This document shows, piece after piece, positions 49,470 to 57,724 of a stretch of DNA of 64,000 nucleotides. Position numbers and translations under genes: made by a program. Below the pieces are notes generated by a model that ran no database searches, had not been told where the DNA came from, and saw only the letters and a program-made list of their open reading frames with translations. The stretch's first letter is position 1. Each line of letters starts with the position of its first letter. Origin of the DNA: Longimicrobiales bacterium (GTDB lineage Bacteria > Gemmatimonadota > Gemmatimonadetes > Longimicrobiales > Gaopeijiaceae); the NCBI GenBank assembly GCA_965238005.1, contig OZ250165.1, positions 1,856,001 to 1,920,000 on the forward strand, in the 5' to 3' direction.

Positions 49470-49653
49470 AAGAGGCCGACTTCGGCCCTCACCTCTACTA
49501 CGTAATCTGACAGCTATTGCTACGTCATCTGACGTATGAAGGATGTTCCTCGCCCGTGACACCTTGTTCTCGAGCGTGTGTGTGCACGAGGTCGGCACAC
49601 GGCGACACAGGGATACGCCGAGGGGAAACATCCCTAATACCTCGGAGGACATA

Positions 49654-50223
49654 ATGAGGTGCTTCTCGATCACCGCTTTCGTTCTTGTTGTTCCCGTCCT
49701 GGCGGCTGACGTGTCGTCGGTCGGCGGCCAGGTGGCCCCTTCCCTCGGACAGGGAAGTCGGGTGCGCATCACCGCACCGTCCCTCGGACTGAATGAGGCC
49801 GTTGGGGCCGTTCAGGAGGCCACGGACGAAGCATTCGTCATCCAGTTCGAGTTTCCCCGTCGCGTGGGGCCGGTCGAGCGCTCCGAGATCGCGGCGATGG
49901 ACGTCTCGATCCAGCGGCAACGTAAAGTCCTCAAGGGCTTGGGTGTCGGTCTGTTGTTGGGTGCGGCCAGCGGCGTGGTGATCGGGCTGGCGAGCGGTGA
50001 CGATGAGGGTGGCTTGATCGCCTTCACGGCCGAGGAGAAGGCACTCATGGCTGGTGCGATGCTCGGTCTCACCGGCGGTGTGGTGGGCCTGATCGTCGGG
50101 TTGGTTCGGCGGCATGACGTCTGGTCCCCAGTATTGCCTGGGGACGTCGACCTGACGGTTCTGCCGCTTGTTCGCGAAGGTGGTGCCGGACTACACGTAG
50201 GCCTCGCCCTTCGATTCCAGTGA
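49654..50223 (+). CDS. Hypothetical exported protein with Gly-rich hydrophobic hairpin
   Basis: RBS GGAGG, signal peptide, GSRVRITAP, glycine-zipper-like segments. Confidence 0.65.
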   Translation: MRCFSITAFVLVVPVLAADVSSVGGQVAPSLGQGSRVRITAPSLGLNEAVGAVQEATDEAFVIQFEFPRRVGPVERSEIAAMDVSIQRQRKVLKGLGVGLLLGAASGVVIGLASGDDEGGLIAFTAEEKALMAGAMLGLTGGVVGLIVGLVRRHDVWSPVLPGDVDLTVLPLVREGGAGLHVGLALRFQ

Positions 50224-50241
50224 CGTAGGGAGGCATCCCTC

Positions 50242-51006
50242 ATGAGCACATCCTCGACTCGGCAACTCTACCGGCAGACCGTTCTGTTCGCGCTGCTCGC
50301 CGGCGCGCCCTCGTGCGTGGAAACGGTCCGGGTTCCGCTCGCGGTGCCGCTCCCGGCGGTCGGTGGAAGTCGGCCTGCGACCCCACAGGGTCTACAATTC
50401 ATCGGCGAATTCGGTGACGGCTTGTGGGGGCAGGAGCAGGAGCGAGCGGAGATGGCAGGCGGGGGCGTCGGCTTCGCCATGCGGGACCGGTTCGAGTTCA
50501 GCGCCTCGGGCTACGGCTCCACGCGTACAGTCCAGGACTCATTCGGCAACGACCATAACGGTGCGAACGTCACGGGGGTTCGCGGCAAGGTGCGGCTCGG
50601 TGACCTCGTGGGAGGCCGGGCCTCCATCGGTGTCCACCTTGCACACATGAGCTCCCAACGAAAGCGTCCTGACGTCCAAGACGAGCGGCTGACTGCTTGG
50701 GACGTCGCACTTCCACTGACGTTCTACCCCGTCGGTGATCAGTTTATAGACCACCGATGGGGGGTGTACGCGGCCCCGCGGCTGGTCTTCCAGAGGCTGG
50801 AGGACAGGATGACGCTGACGACCTCGAGCGGAACGCTGGCCGCCGCCCTGCTGGGCGTGGTGGCCCGATGGCGACACGTCGCCGTGACGGGTGAGATGAA
50901 TCTCGCCCATACGCCGAGCATGCGGTTCGGGAACACGACGTTCCAGGGTCGATGGATTCTACTCCCCATGGCCAGCGTGAGCGGGATCCTTCCAATAGGG
51001 GATTGA
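50242..51006 (+). CDS. Hypothetical outer-membrane beta-strand-rich (lipo)protein
   Basis: RBS AGGGAGG, signal ending in Cys, amphipathic beta strands. Confidence 0.6.
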   Translation: MSTSSTRQLYRQTVLFALLAGAPSCVETVRVPLAVPLPAVGGSRPATPQGLQFIGEFGDGLWGQEQERAEMAGGGVGFAMRDRFEFSASGYGSTRTVQDSFGNDHNGANVTGVRGKVRLGDLVGGRASIGVHLAHMSSQRKRPDVQDERLTAWDVALPLTFYPVGDQFIDHRWGVYAAPRLVFQRLEDRMTLTTSSGTLAAALLGVVARWRHVAVTGEMNLAHTPSMRFGNTTFQGRWILLPMASVSGILPIGD

Positions 51007-51037
51007 AGAGCAACCGCCCCTCCAGAAGTAGTCCGCT

Positions 51038-51137
51038 ACGGCACAATCCTCACAACGCGGCACAGTCCCGGTAGCAAGCAGGGGCTCCGGCCCGGTTCAC
51101 ACTGAACCGCCGGAGCCCCTAAGTCGTTGCCGCTCAG
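51038..51137. repeat. 100-bp direct repeat, copy B (13 nt from the selC 3' end)
   Basis: See copy A. Confidence 0.93.
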
Positions 51138-51150
51138 GCAACCTCACATA

Positions 51151-51247
51151 TGGCGGGAGCGTGTGGGAATCGAACCCACCAGCCCGGGGTTCAGCCGGGC
51201 GAGCTGGTTTTGAAGACCAGTGGAGCCACCAGACCCCATCCGCCCCC
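51151..51247 (-). tRNA. selC: tRNA-Sec (anticodon UCA)
   Basis: Minus strand GGGGGCGG-A-TGGGGTCTGGTGGCTCCA-CTGGT-CTTCAAA-ACCAG, long variable arm, GTGGG-TTCGATT-CCCAC-ACGCTCCC-GCCA. Confidence 0.95.
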
Positions 51248-51518
51248 AGTCGTTGTACCGCAAGGGATTCCGGGTATCAGCATCCTCGCCGACCTCCGTA
51301 CAAACCGTCCCCTTCCGCGTAACTTGTCGGCATTTCAAACTTCGGGCAACGCGATCCGGACCCAAGGCTGGGGCCGAGATGCCTCGAGAGTGAGACTGCT
51401 GGTGAAAATGACGCGCAGTATACGTACGAGGCCGTGCTGCGGCATGGAGAGACACACTGTACCCTAACCCACACCTCGGCTATGTTGCACGCCGCCGCAT
51501 GAATCACAACGGGTCCTT

Positions 51519-52529
51519 ATGGTCTCCACACGCTCCAGAGAACAGGCCACGCCCGCCACGACCGAGCCGGCCCCGATTCGGGGCGCCCGGAATCCCGGCA
51601 CACCGTTCGAGCCGGAGTGGGTTCGGGAGGTCCGCGTCAACCGGAGCGCGGTGGAGCGACGGGCCGCCACCCTGGGCACCCGTCGCAGCGTGAAGAAGGA
51701 GTGGCAGGCGGCTTGGCTCCTCAAGGCGGTCTCGTGCATAGATCTCACCACGCTCGCCGGAGACGACACTCCCGGACGCGTGCGCAGGTTGTGCGCGAAA
51801 GCTCGCCAGCCGGTCCGACAGGATATTCTCGAGGGCCTCGGTGTCGGATCTCTCGGTCTTACCACCGGCGCGGTCTGTGTCTACCACACCATGGTCGAGA
51901 CAGCCGTCCAGGCCTTGCAGGGATCCGGCATCCCCGTCGCTGCGGTGTCCACCGGCTTCCCGGCCGGGCTGAGCCCGTTCGCCCAGCGGGTCGCCGAGAT
52001 CGGCGCTTCGGTGGCCGCGGGTGCAGCCGAGATCGACATCGTCATCACACGGGCCCACGTTCTCGCGGGCGACTGGGAGGCCCTCTACGACGAGGTGAGG
52101 ACCTTCCGGGAAGCGTGCGGGCCGGCACACCTGAAGACGATCCTCGCGACAGGCGAGCTGGGCACGCTGCGGAACGTCTACCGGGCCAGCCTGGTGTGCA
52201 TGATGGCGGGCGCCGACTTCGTGAAGACGTCCACAGGCAAGGAGCCGACCAACGCCACGCTCCCCGTGGGACTCACCATGGCGCGCTCCATCCGGGAGTA
52301 CGGCGAGCGGACCGGTTATCAGGTCGGCTTCAAGCCCGCCGGTGGGATCCGGAAGGCAAAGGAGGCCCTCATCTGGCTGATCCTCATGAAGGAGGAGCTG
52401 GGCAACGCCTGGGTGGAACCGGACCTCTTCCGCTTCGGCGTCAGCTCGCTCCTGGGCGACATCGAGCGCCAGCTCGAGCATCATCTGACCGGACGGTACT
52501 CGGCGGCGCATCGACACCCCCTAGCATGA
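51519..52529 (+). CDS. deoC: Deoxyribose-phosphate aldolase
   Basis: IDLTTL.GDDT, AVCVY, GFPAG, EIDIVI, LKTIL.TGEL, FVKTSTGK, GFKPAGG. Confidence 0.95.
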   Translation: MVSTRSREQATPATTEPAPIRGARNPGTPFEPEWVREVRVNRSAVERRAATLGTRRSVKKEWQAAWLLKAVSCIDLTTLAGDDTPGRVRRLCAKARQPVRQDILEGLGVGSLGLTTGAVCVYHTMVETAVQALQGSGIPVAAVSTGFPAGLSPFAQRVAEIGASVAAGAAEIDIVITRAHVLAGDWEALYDEVRTFREACGPAHLKTILATGELGTLRNVYRASLVCMMAGADFVKTSTGKEPTNATLPVGLTMARSIREYGERTGYQVGFKPAGGIRKAKEALIWLILMKEELGNAWVEPDLFRFGVSSLLGDIERQLEHHLTGRYSAAHRHPLA

Positions 52530-52685
52530 TACTGGGGCCGTTCAACTGGGATGCAGGGGTAGGAGCTCAAGGAGCCCCGCCGAGGAGTACCAGACGGTAC
52601 TTCGCAGGCGGGGCGACGCGGAGCGACACCCGGGTACCCGCGCCGCTATGGCGTGGGTGGCGCCCAGTTCAACGGCCCGACCATA
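52530..52685. mobile_element. MITE-like element 2 (~155 bp)
   Basis: GGGCCGTTCAACTGGG (52535-52550) / CCCAGTTCAACGGCCC (52663-52678), 15/16 inverted match; TA at both flanks; fills the deoC-ALDH gap. Confidence 0.7.
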
Positions 52686-52686
52686 G

Positions 52687-55122
52687 ATGAGCAAGATCGC
52701 GGACATCTTCGAGACCATGGAGTACGGCCCCGCGCCGGAGAGCGTGGAGCTTGTGGAGGAGTGGCTCGATGGATACGGGCGCTCCTTCGATCACTTCATC
52801 GACGGGGCTTGGGTCGCCGGGGCCGACGAGGAGCGATTCGAGACGTTGAGTCCGGCCACCGGTGCGCGCCTCGCGACCATCAGCCAGGGAAGCAGCCAGG
52901 ATGTCGATGGCGCTGTGCAGGCCGCGGCGAATGCGTTCCGCGCGTGGAGTGACCTGGATGGGCACGCCCGAGCCCGATACCTCTACGCCCTGGGTCGGGG
53001 CATCCAGAAGCGGGCCCGCCTCTTCGCCGTCCTGGAGAGCATGGACAACGGCAAGCCCATCCGGGAGTCGCGGGACCTGGATATCCCACTGGTGGCCCGC
53101 CACTTCTACCACCACGCTGGATGGGCCCAGCTTCGGGACGAGGCCCTACCTGGCTACGGCCCCGTGGGCGTGGTGGGCCAGATCATTCCGTGGAACTTCC
53201 CCTTGCTCATGCTTTCATGGAAGATCGCCCCGGCCCTGGCCATGGGAAACACGCTGGTCCTGAAGCCGGCCGAGTTCACGTCTCTGACGGCCCTACTCTT
53301 CGCCGAGCTCTGCCAGGATGTGGGCCTCCCACCGGGGGTGGTCAACGTCGTGACGGGCGACGGCGAGACCGGAGCGGCCCTGGTGGAGCATCCCGACGTG
53401 CACAAGATCGCCTTCACGGGATCCACCGAGGTGGGCCGGATCATCCGGGCTGCGACGGCGGGGAGCGGCAAGAAGATATCACTCGAGCTCGGTGGCAAGT
53501 CGCCCTTCGTCGTCTACGAGGACGCCGATCTCGACAGCGTCGTCGAGGGCGTGGTGGACGCCATCTGGTTCAACCAAGGCCAGGTGTGCTGCGCCGGCTC
53601 CCGCATCCTGGTCCAGGAAGGCATCGCAGAGACGCTCGAGCGCAAGCTCCGGGCCCGCATGGAAACCCTTCGCATGGGGGATCCGCTCGACAAGTCCGTG
53701 GACCTGGGTGCCATCGTCGCTCCTGTCCAACTGGAGAAGATCCGGGCCCTCGTCGAGCAGGGGAAGGCGGAGGGCGCTCGGATCTGGCAGCCGTCCTGGG
53801 CAACCCCCAGAGAGGGATGGTTCTATCCGCCTACCCTCTGCACCGACGTAAGCCCTTCGTCCACGATCGCGCGGGTCGAGATCTTCGGGCCCGTGGTCGT
53901 CATGATGAGCTTCCGCACGCCCAAGGAGTCGGTGGAGTTGGCCAACGACACGCGCTACGGGTTGGCGGCCAGCATCTGGACGGAGAGCGTGAACCTCGCC
54001 CTCGGCATCGCCCCCAAGCTCAAGGCCGGGACGATCTGGGTGAACTGTACCAACCTGTTCGACGCCGCCTCGGGCTTCGGCGGATACCGGGAGAGCGGAT
54101 ACGGGAGAGAGGGCGGCAAGGAGGGGCTCTGGGAGTACGTGACGCCGGTCGGCGGGAAGGATGGCCCGCGGGACCGGCCGTATGGTCCCAGGACCTCCGA
54201 CCAGTCGGGACTATTGGATCCCGCGGAGGCGGGACCGTCGGCCTCGGCCGGCGGTGACCGTGGGAAGACCCCGGCCATTGATCGGACCACCAAGCTGTAC
54301 GTGGGCGGCAAACAGGTCCGAGCCGACGGGGACTACAGCTTGCTGGTCCGTGGGAAGGACGGAACCATCATCGGCGAAGTGCCCCGGGGAAATCGAAAGG
54401 ACATCCGCAATGCGGTCGAGGCGGCCCATAAGGGAGCCGGGCTGTGGACGCCCAGGACCTCGCACAACCGGGCCCAAGTCCTCTACTACCTGGCGGAGAA
54501 TCTCTCGATTCGCCAGGACGAGTTCCGTGACCGCCTCCAGCGGATGACGGGAATCCGTAAGAAGGTCGCCCAGGCGGAGGTGGACCTCACGCTCCGACGG
54601 CTCTTCACCTACGCCGCCTGGGCTGACAAGTACGACGGCCTGGTGCACCACACGCCGTTCCGGAACGTCACGCTGGCCATGCCCGAGCCCATCGGCGTGG
54701 TGGCCGTCGTATGTCCCGACGAGGCACCGCTCCTGGCCTTCGTCTCCCTGGTGGCTCCCCTGCTGGCCATGGGGAACGCCGTCGTCGCCGTCCCCTCCGA
54801 GCGCTGGCCCCTCCTGGCAGCACACCTCTATCAGGTCCTTGAGACGTCGGATGTCCCCGGGGGCGCCCTGAACATCGTGACCGGGCTCCGGCAGGAGCTG
54901 GCCCCGGTCCTGGCCGCCCACGACGACGTGGACGGCATGTGGTTCATGGGTGACGCCTCGGGCAGCGAAGACGTCGAGCGGCTGTCCACAGGCAACATGA
55001 AGCGGACGTGGGTCAGCTACGGAATGCACCGGGACTGGTGGAGCGCCGAGCACGGCGAAGGCGAAGAGTTCCTGAGGCAGGCCACACAGATCAAGAACAT
55101 CTGGGTCCCCTACGGGGAATAG
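52687..55122 (+). CDS. Aldehyde dehydrogenase with an extra C-terminal ALDH-like domain (ALDH16-like)
   Basis: IIPWNFP, FTGSTEVG, LELGGK, GQVCCAG, EIFGP, then a second partial ALDH domain; 811 aa. Confidence 0.9.
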   Translation: MSKIADIFETMEYGPAPESVELVEEWLDGYGRSFDHFIDGAWVAGADEERFETLSPATGARLATISQGSSQDVDGAVQAAANAFRAWSDLDGHARARYLYALGRGIQKRARLFAVLESMDNGKPIRESRDLDIPLVARHFYHHAGWAQLRDEALPGYGPVGVVGQIIPWNFPLLMLSWKIAPALAMGNTLVLKPAEFTSLTALLFAELCQDVGLPPGVVNVVTGDGETGAALVEHPDVHKIAFTGSTEVGRIIRAATAGSGKKISLELGGKSPFVVYEDADLDSVVEGVVDAIWFNQGQVCCAGSRILVQEGIAETLERKLRARMETLRMGDPLDKSVDLGAIVAPVQLEKIRALVEQGKAEGARIWQPSWATPREGWFYPPTLCTDVSPSSTIARVEIFGPVVVMMSFRTPKESVELANDTRYGLAASIWTESVNLALGIAPKLKAGTIWVNCTNLFDAASGFGGYRESGYGREGGKEGLWEYVTPVGGKDGPRDRPYGPRTSDQSGLLDPAEAGPSASAGGDRGKTPAIDRTTKLYVGGKQVRADGDYSLLVRGKDGTIIGEVPRGNRKDIRNAVEAAHKGAGLWTPRTSHNRAQVLYYLAENLSIRQDEFRDRLQRMTGIRKKVAQAEVDLTLRRLFTYAAWADKYDGLVHHTPFRNVTLAMPEPIGVVAVVCPDEAPLLAFVSLVAPLLAMGNAVVAVPSERWPLLAAHLYQVLETSDVPGGALNIVTGLRQELAPVLAAHDDVDGMWFMGDASGSEDVERLSTGNMKRTWVSYGMHRDWWSAEHGEGEEFLRQATQIKNIWVPYGE

Positions 55123-55154
55123 CCCGGGGCGGTCTCGCACCGCCACAGTACGCC

Positions 55155-55333
55155 TTACCTGCGGTTGCGAAGCTCCGACTGCCTCAGGGTCTCCAGGATC
55201 AGGAGCTCCAGCCGGTCCCCCGAGTGCGCGAGAACCGGCACCCTGTCGTAGCGCAACCCACCCGGGATCTGCAGGCGTGCGCGCCGATCCCCAGGACGAA
55301 GAACAGAGGACCGTACATCGCGAAGCGCTTCAT
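55155..55333 (-). pseudogene. Collapsed lipoprotein remnant, probable paralog of the upstream gene
   Basis: MKRFAMYGPLFFVLGIGAHAC signal (ATG overlaps the upstream stop), then in another frame PVLAHSGDRLELLI, resembling LVYPGDHIELLI. Confidence 0.5.
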
Positions 55334-55719
55334 GGTGCGCCAAACCGAGAATCGGTGGGCAGGATTAATGGGATAAGAAGCTCGATGTGGTCGCCGGGAT
55401 AGACCAGCTGCCGGACCGTGGTGAAGCCCCGCTCGCCCATCACCCGCACCCTCAGACTGAGGTCGTCCGACCTGGGCCACCGGACCGAGAACGTCTTACG
55501 CAACCTGCCGTTCACCACGCCCAGGCGCCGCTGGCCGGAGATGGACAGCATCCAGATCGTGGCCTGGTTGAAGTTCAGGTTGTCGACCTCGATGAAGATC
55601 ATGCCTTTAGTCGTGCCCGTGAACGGGTCACCACGCCCGAACCCAGAGCACCCCGTGATCCCCACTAGGAGGATCAGGGCGGCAACTCTCACGTCCGGAA
55701 GCAGCCTTCTCATGTCCAT
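55330..55719 (-). CDS. Hypothetical lipoprotein
   Basis: Lipobox ITGC, IEVDNLNFNQATI...RRLG.V.G. Confidence 0.7.
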   Translation of the reverse strand: MDMRRLLPDVRVAALILLVGITGCSGFGRGDPFTGTTKGMIFIEVDNLNFNQATIWMLSISGQRRLGVVNGRLRKTFSVRWPRSDDLSLRVRVMGERGFTTVRQLVYPGDHIELLIPLILPTDSRFGAP

Positions 55720-55913
55720 CAGCTCATGTCCATCAGCGGGCCCTCTTGCTGCGTGATGATCTTCTCCGCTTCGATGGGCTCCATGTCAATCGAGCGTAGA
55801 AGCTCCTTCAGCCTCACCAGATCCTGTTGGACGATCAGCGTCAGCTGTTCGAGCTCCAGGTTCAGCTTTGCGGAGAGCATTTCGAAGATGCTTCCCCAGC
55901 CGGCCCAGGTCAT
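55719..55913 (-). pseudogene. Short coiled-coil ORF, probably the C-terminal remnant of a larger protein
   Basis: IFEMLSAKLNLELEQL...LKELLRSIDMEPI; abuts IS3. Confidence 0.4.
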
Positions 55914-56042
55914 GCCTCTGGAGCTGTCCCGTTTCAGTGGACGGGTGAACACTGAGGTTTATAGTCTGTCCCCCTCGCTGGGGAGAGGAAAGCTTCCCCC
56001 GCGCAGCGGGGGAGTAAAGGGCAACTTGGCCACGCAGGTTTC

Positions 56043-56894
56043 TCATGCTGCCGCTCCGTGGCGACGCTCGAAGTTGATGGGCGACAGCTGACCCAGTGCC
56101 GAGTGTCGCCTCCGGGGGTTGTAGAAGCCCTCGATGAAGTCGAACACGGCCATCTTCGCCTCGGCCTGGGTCCGGAAGCGCTGCCGGTCGAGTAGCTCGC
56201 ACTCGAGCGTCGCGAAGAAGCTCTCGCACATCGCGTTGTCGTAGGCGTCGCCCACGGAGCCCATCGAGGGCCGCACACCGACATCGTTGCAGCGTAGGCC
56301 GAAGGCGATCGAGGTGTACTGGGTTCCCTGATCACTGTGATGGATGACGCATTCGGGCCGGCGCTGCCAGGTCGCCATGTTCAGCGCGTCCAGGACGAGC
56401 TCGGTGCGCAGGTGCGTAGCCATCGACCACCCGACCACCCGCCTGCTCCAGACGTCGAGCACAACCGCGAGGTACAAGAACCCCGCCCAGGTCGGGATGT
56501 AGGTGATGTCGGCCACCCACAACTGGTCTGGCCCGTCTGCGCTGAAGTCCCGCTCGATGAGATCCGGCGCGGGACGGGCGTCCTCGTTGCGCCTGGTCGT
56601 CTTCGGGCCGCGCCGCCTCCGGCTAGCTCCCACAATCTCGGCCTGCTTCATGAGCCGGCCCACCCGCTTCTCACCGACCCGCTCGCCAGCTTCCTTGAGG
56701 TCCGCGTAGATGCGGGGCCGGCCATAGACCCTTCGGTTCTCGCGCCAGACCGTCTCGATCCGCTCTGTGAGCTCCTCATCTCGCTTCGCCCGAGCCGAAG
56801 GCTCGCGATCCAACCAGGCGTAGTAGCCGCTGGGGGAGAGATCCAGCACACGGCACATCGCCCGCACAGGGAAGTCGGCCTGATTCGTCTTCAT
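56043..56894 (-). CDS. IS3 transposase OrfB
   Basis: Translation identical to 28172-29023. Confidence 0.95.
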   Translation of the reverse strand: MKTNQADFPVRAMCRVLDLSPSGYYAWLDREPSARAKRDEELTERIETVWRENRRVYGRPRIYADLKEAGERVGEKRVGRLMKQAEIVGASRRRRGPKTTRRNEDARPAPDLIERDFSADGPDQLWVADITYIPTWAGFLYLAVVLDVWSRRVVGWSMATHLRTELVLDALNMATWQRRPECVIHHSDQGTQYTSIAFGLRCNDVGVRPSMGSVGDAYDNAMCESFFATLECELLDRQRFRTQAEAKMAVFDFIEGFYNPRRRHSALGQLSPINFERRHGAAA

Positions 56895-57205
56895 GAACTC
56901 GAACCCCGTTCCGGGATCGAGTTGCTCTCCCGAGCAAACCAGGCGGCGGCTTTTTTTAGAATCTCCTGCTCCATGCGCAGACGCTTGTTGTCACGCCGAA
57001 GCTGCCTGAGTTCCCCACGCTCCTCCGTCGTCAGCCCGTCACTGCGACGGCCTTCATCCAAGTCAGCTTGTTTGACCCAGTTCCGTATCGCCCCGTTTGA
57101 GGGCTCGAACTCCCGGGCCAGCTCCTCCACGGAGCGGCCCGACCTGACCAACTCGACCATCTGCCGCCGAAACTCCGGCGGGTACGGCGCATGTGTTCTT
57201 GGCAT
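56891..57205 (-). CDS. IS3 transposase OrfA (A7G frameshift site at 56950-56957)
   Basis: Translation identical to 29020-29334. Confidence 0.95.
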   Translation of the reverse strand: MPRTHAPYPPEFRRQMVELVRSGRSVEELAREFEPSNGAIRNWVKQADLDEGRRSDGLTTEERGELRQLRRDNKRLRMEQEILKKAAAWFARESNSIPERGSSS

Positions 57206-57264
57206 CGTGGACTCCTCCTGTCTCCCTCACTACTGAGGTGTCCACCAAAGCGGGTCAACTCCAC

Positions 57265-57651
57265 TCAGCCCCTTCGGGCGATCACGTCGATCTCCACATC
57301 CACGGCCTTCGGGAGGCCCGCGGCCTGTACCGTCGCCCGGGCCGGCCGGTGATTACCGAAGTGCTCGGCGTACACGGCGTTCATCTCCGTAAACGTGCCC
57401 ATGTCGGCCAGGTAGACGGTGGTCTTCACCACGTTGCTCAGGGAGCTGCCCGCCTCGCGGAGCACCGCAGCGAGGTTGCTCAAGACCTGTTGGGTCTGGG
57501 CGGCCACGTCCCCGTCGATCAACTCGCCCGTCGCGGGGTCGATGGGTATCTGTCCCGAAGCGAACACCCACTCGTCGACGACCACCGCCTGTGAGTACGG
57601 GCCTATGGCCTCGGGGGCGTCGGGGGTGTGGATCATCTTCAAGTCACTCAT
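57265..57651 (-). CDS. ridA: RidA family enamine/imine deaminase
   Basis: APEAIGPYSQA, SGQIP, VVKTTVYL, F..MN.VY, PARATV, VEID. Confidence 0.93.
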   Translation of the reverse strand: MSDLKMIHTPDAPEAIGPYSQAVVVDEWVFASGQIPIDPATGELIDGDVAAQTQQVLSNLAAVLREAGSSLSNVVKTTVYLADMGTFTEMNAVYAEHFGNHRPARATVQAAGLPKAVDVEIDVIARRG

Positions 57652-57724
57652 CGGATCATCGTCAAGTTATTCATCCGGTAACACCCCCTAACGAGTTGTC
57701 GTGAATATATTTAGACAGTTTCGT

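Larger units (their letters stand above)
55919..57263 (-). mobile_element. IS3-family element, copy 2, with 3-bp CTC target duplication
   Basis: Same ends, length and ORFs as copy 1; CTC at 55916-55918 and 57264-57266. Confidence 0.95.

Noticed and set aside
50221..50244. Selenocysteine read-through joining 49654-50223 and 50242-51006 (same frame, single TGA, near selC)
   Set aside because: The second gene has its own strong RBS and signal peptide; no redox motif around the TGA and no convincing SECIS
28048..57263. Composite transposon bounded by the two IS3 copies
   Set aside because: Outer flanks (TTC / CTC) do not match, copy 2 has its own duplication, and the interior is core housekeeping DNA
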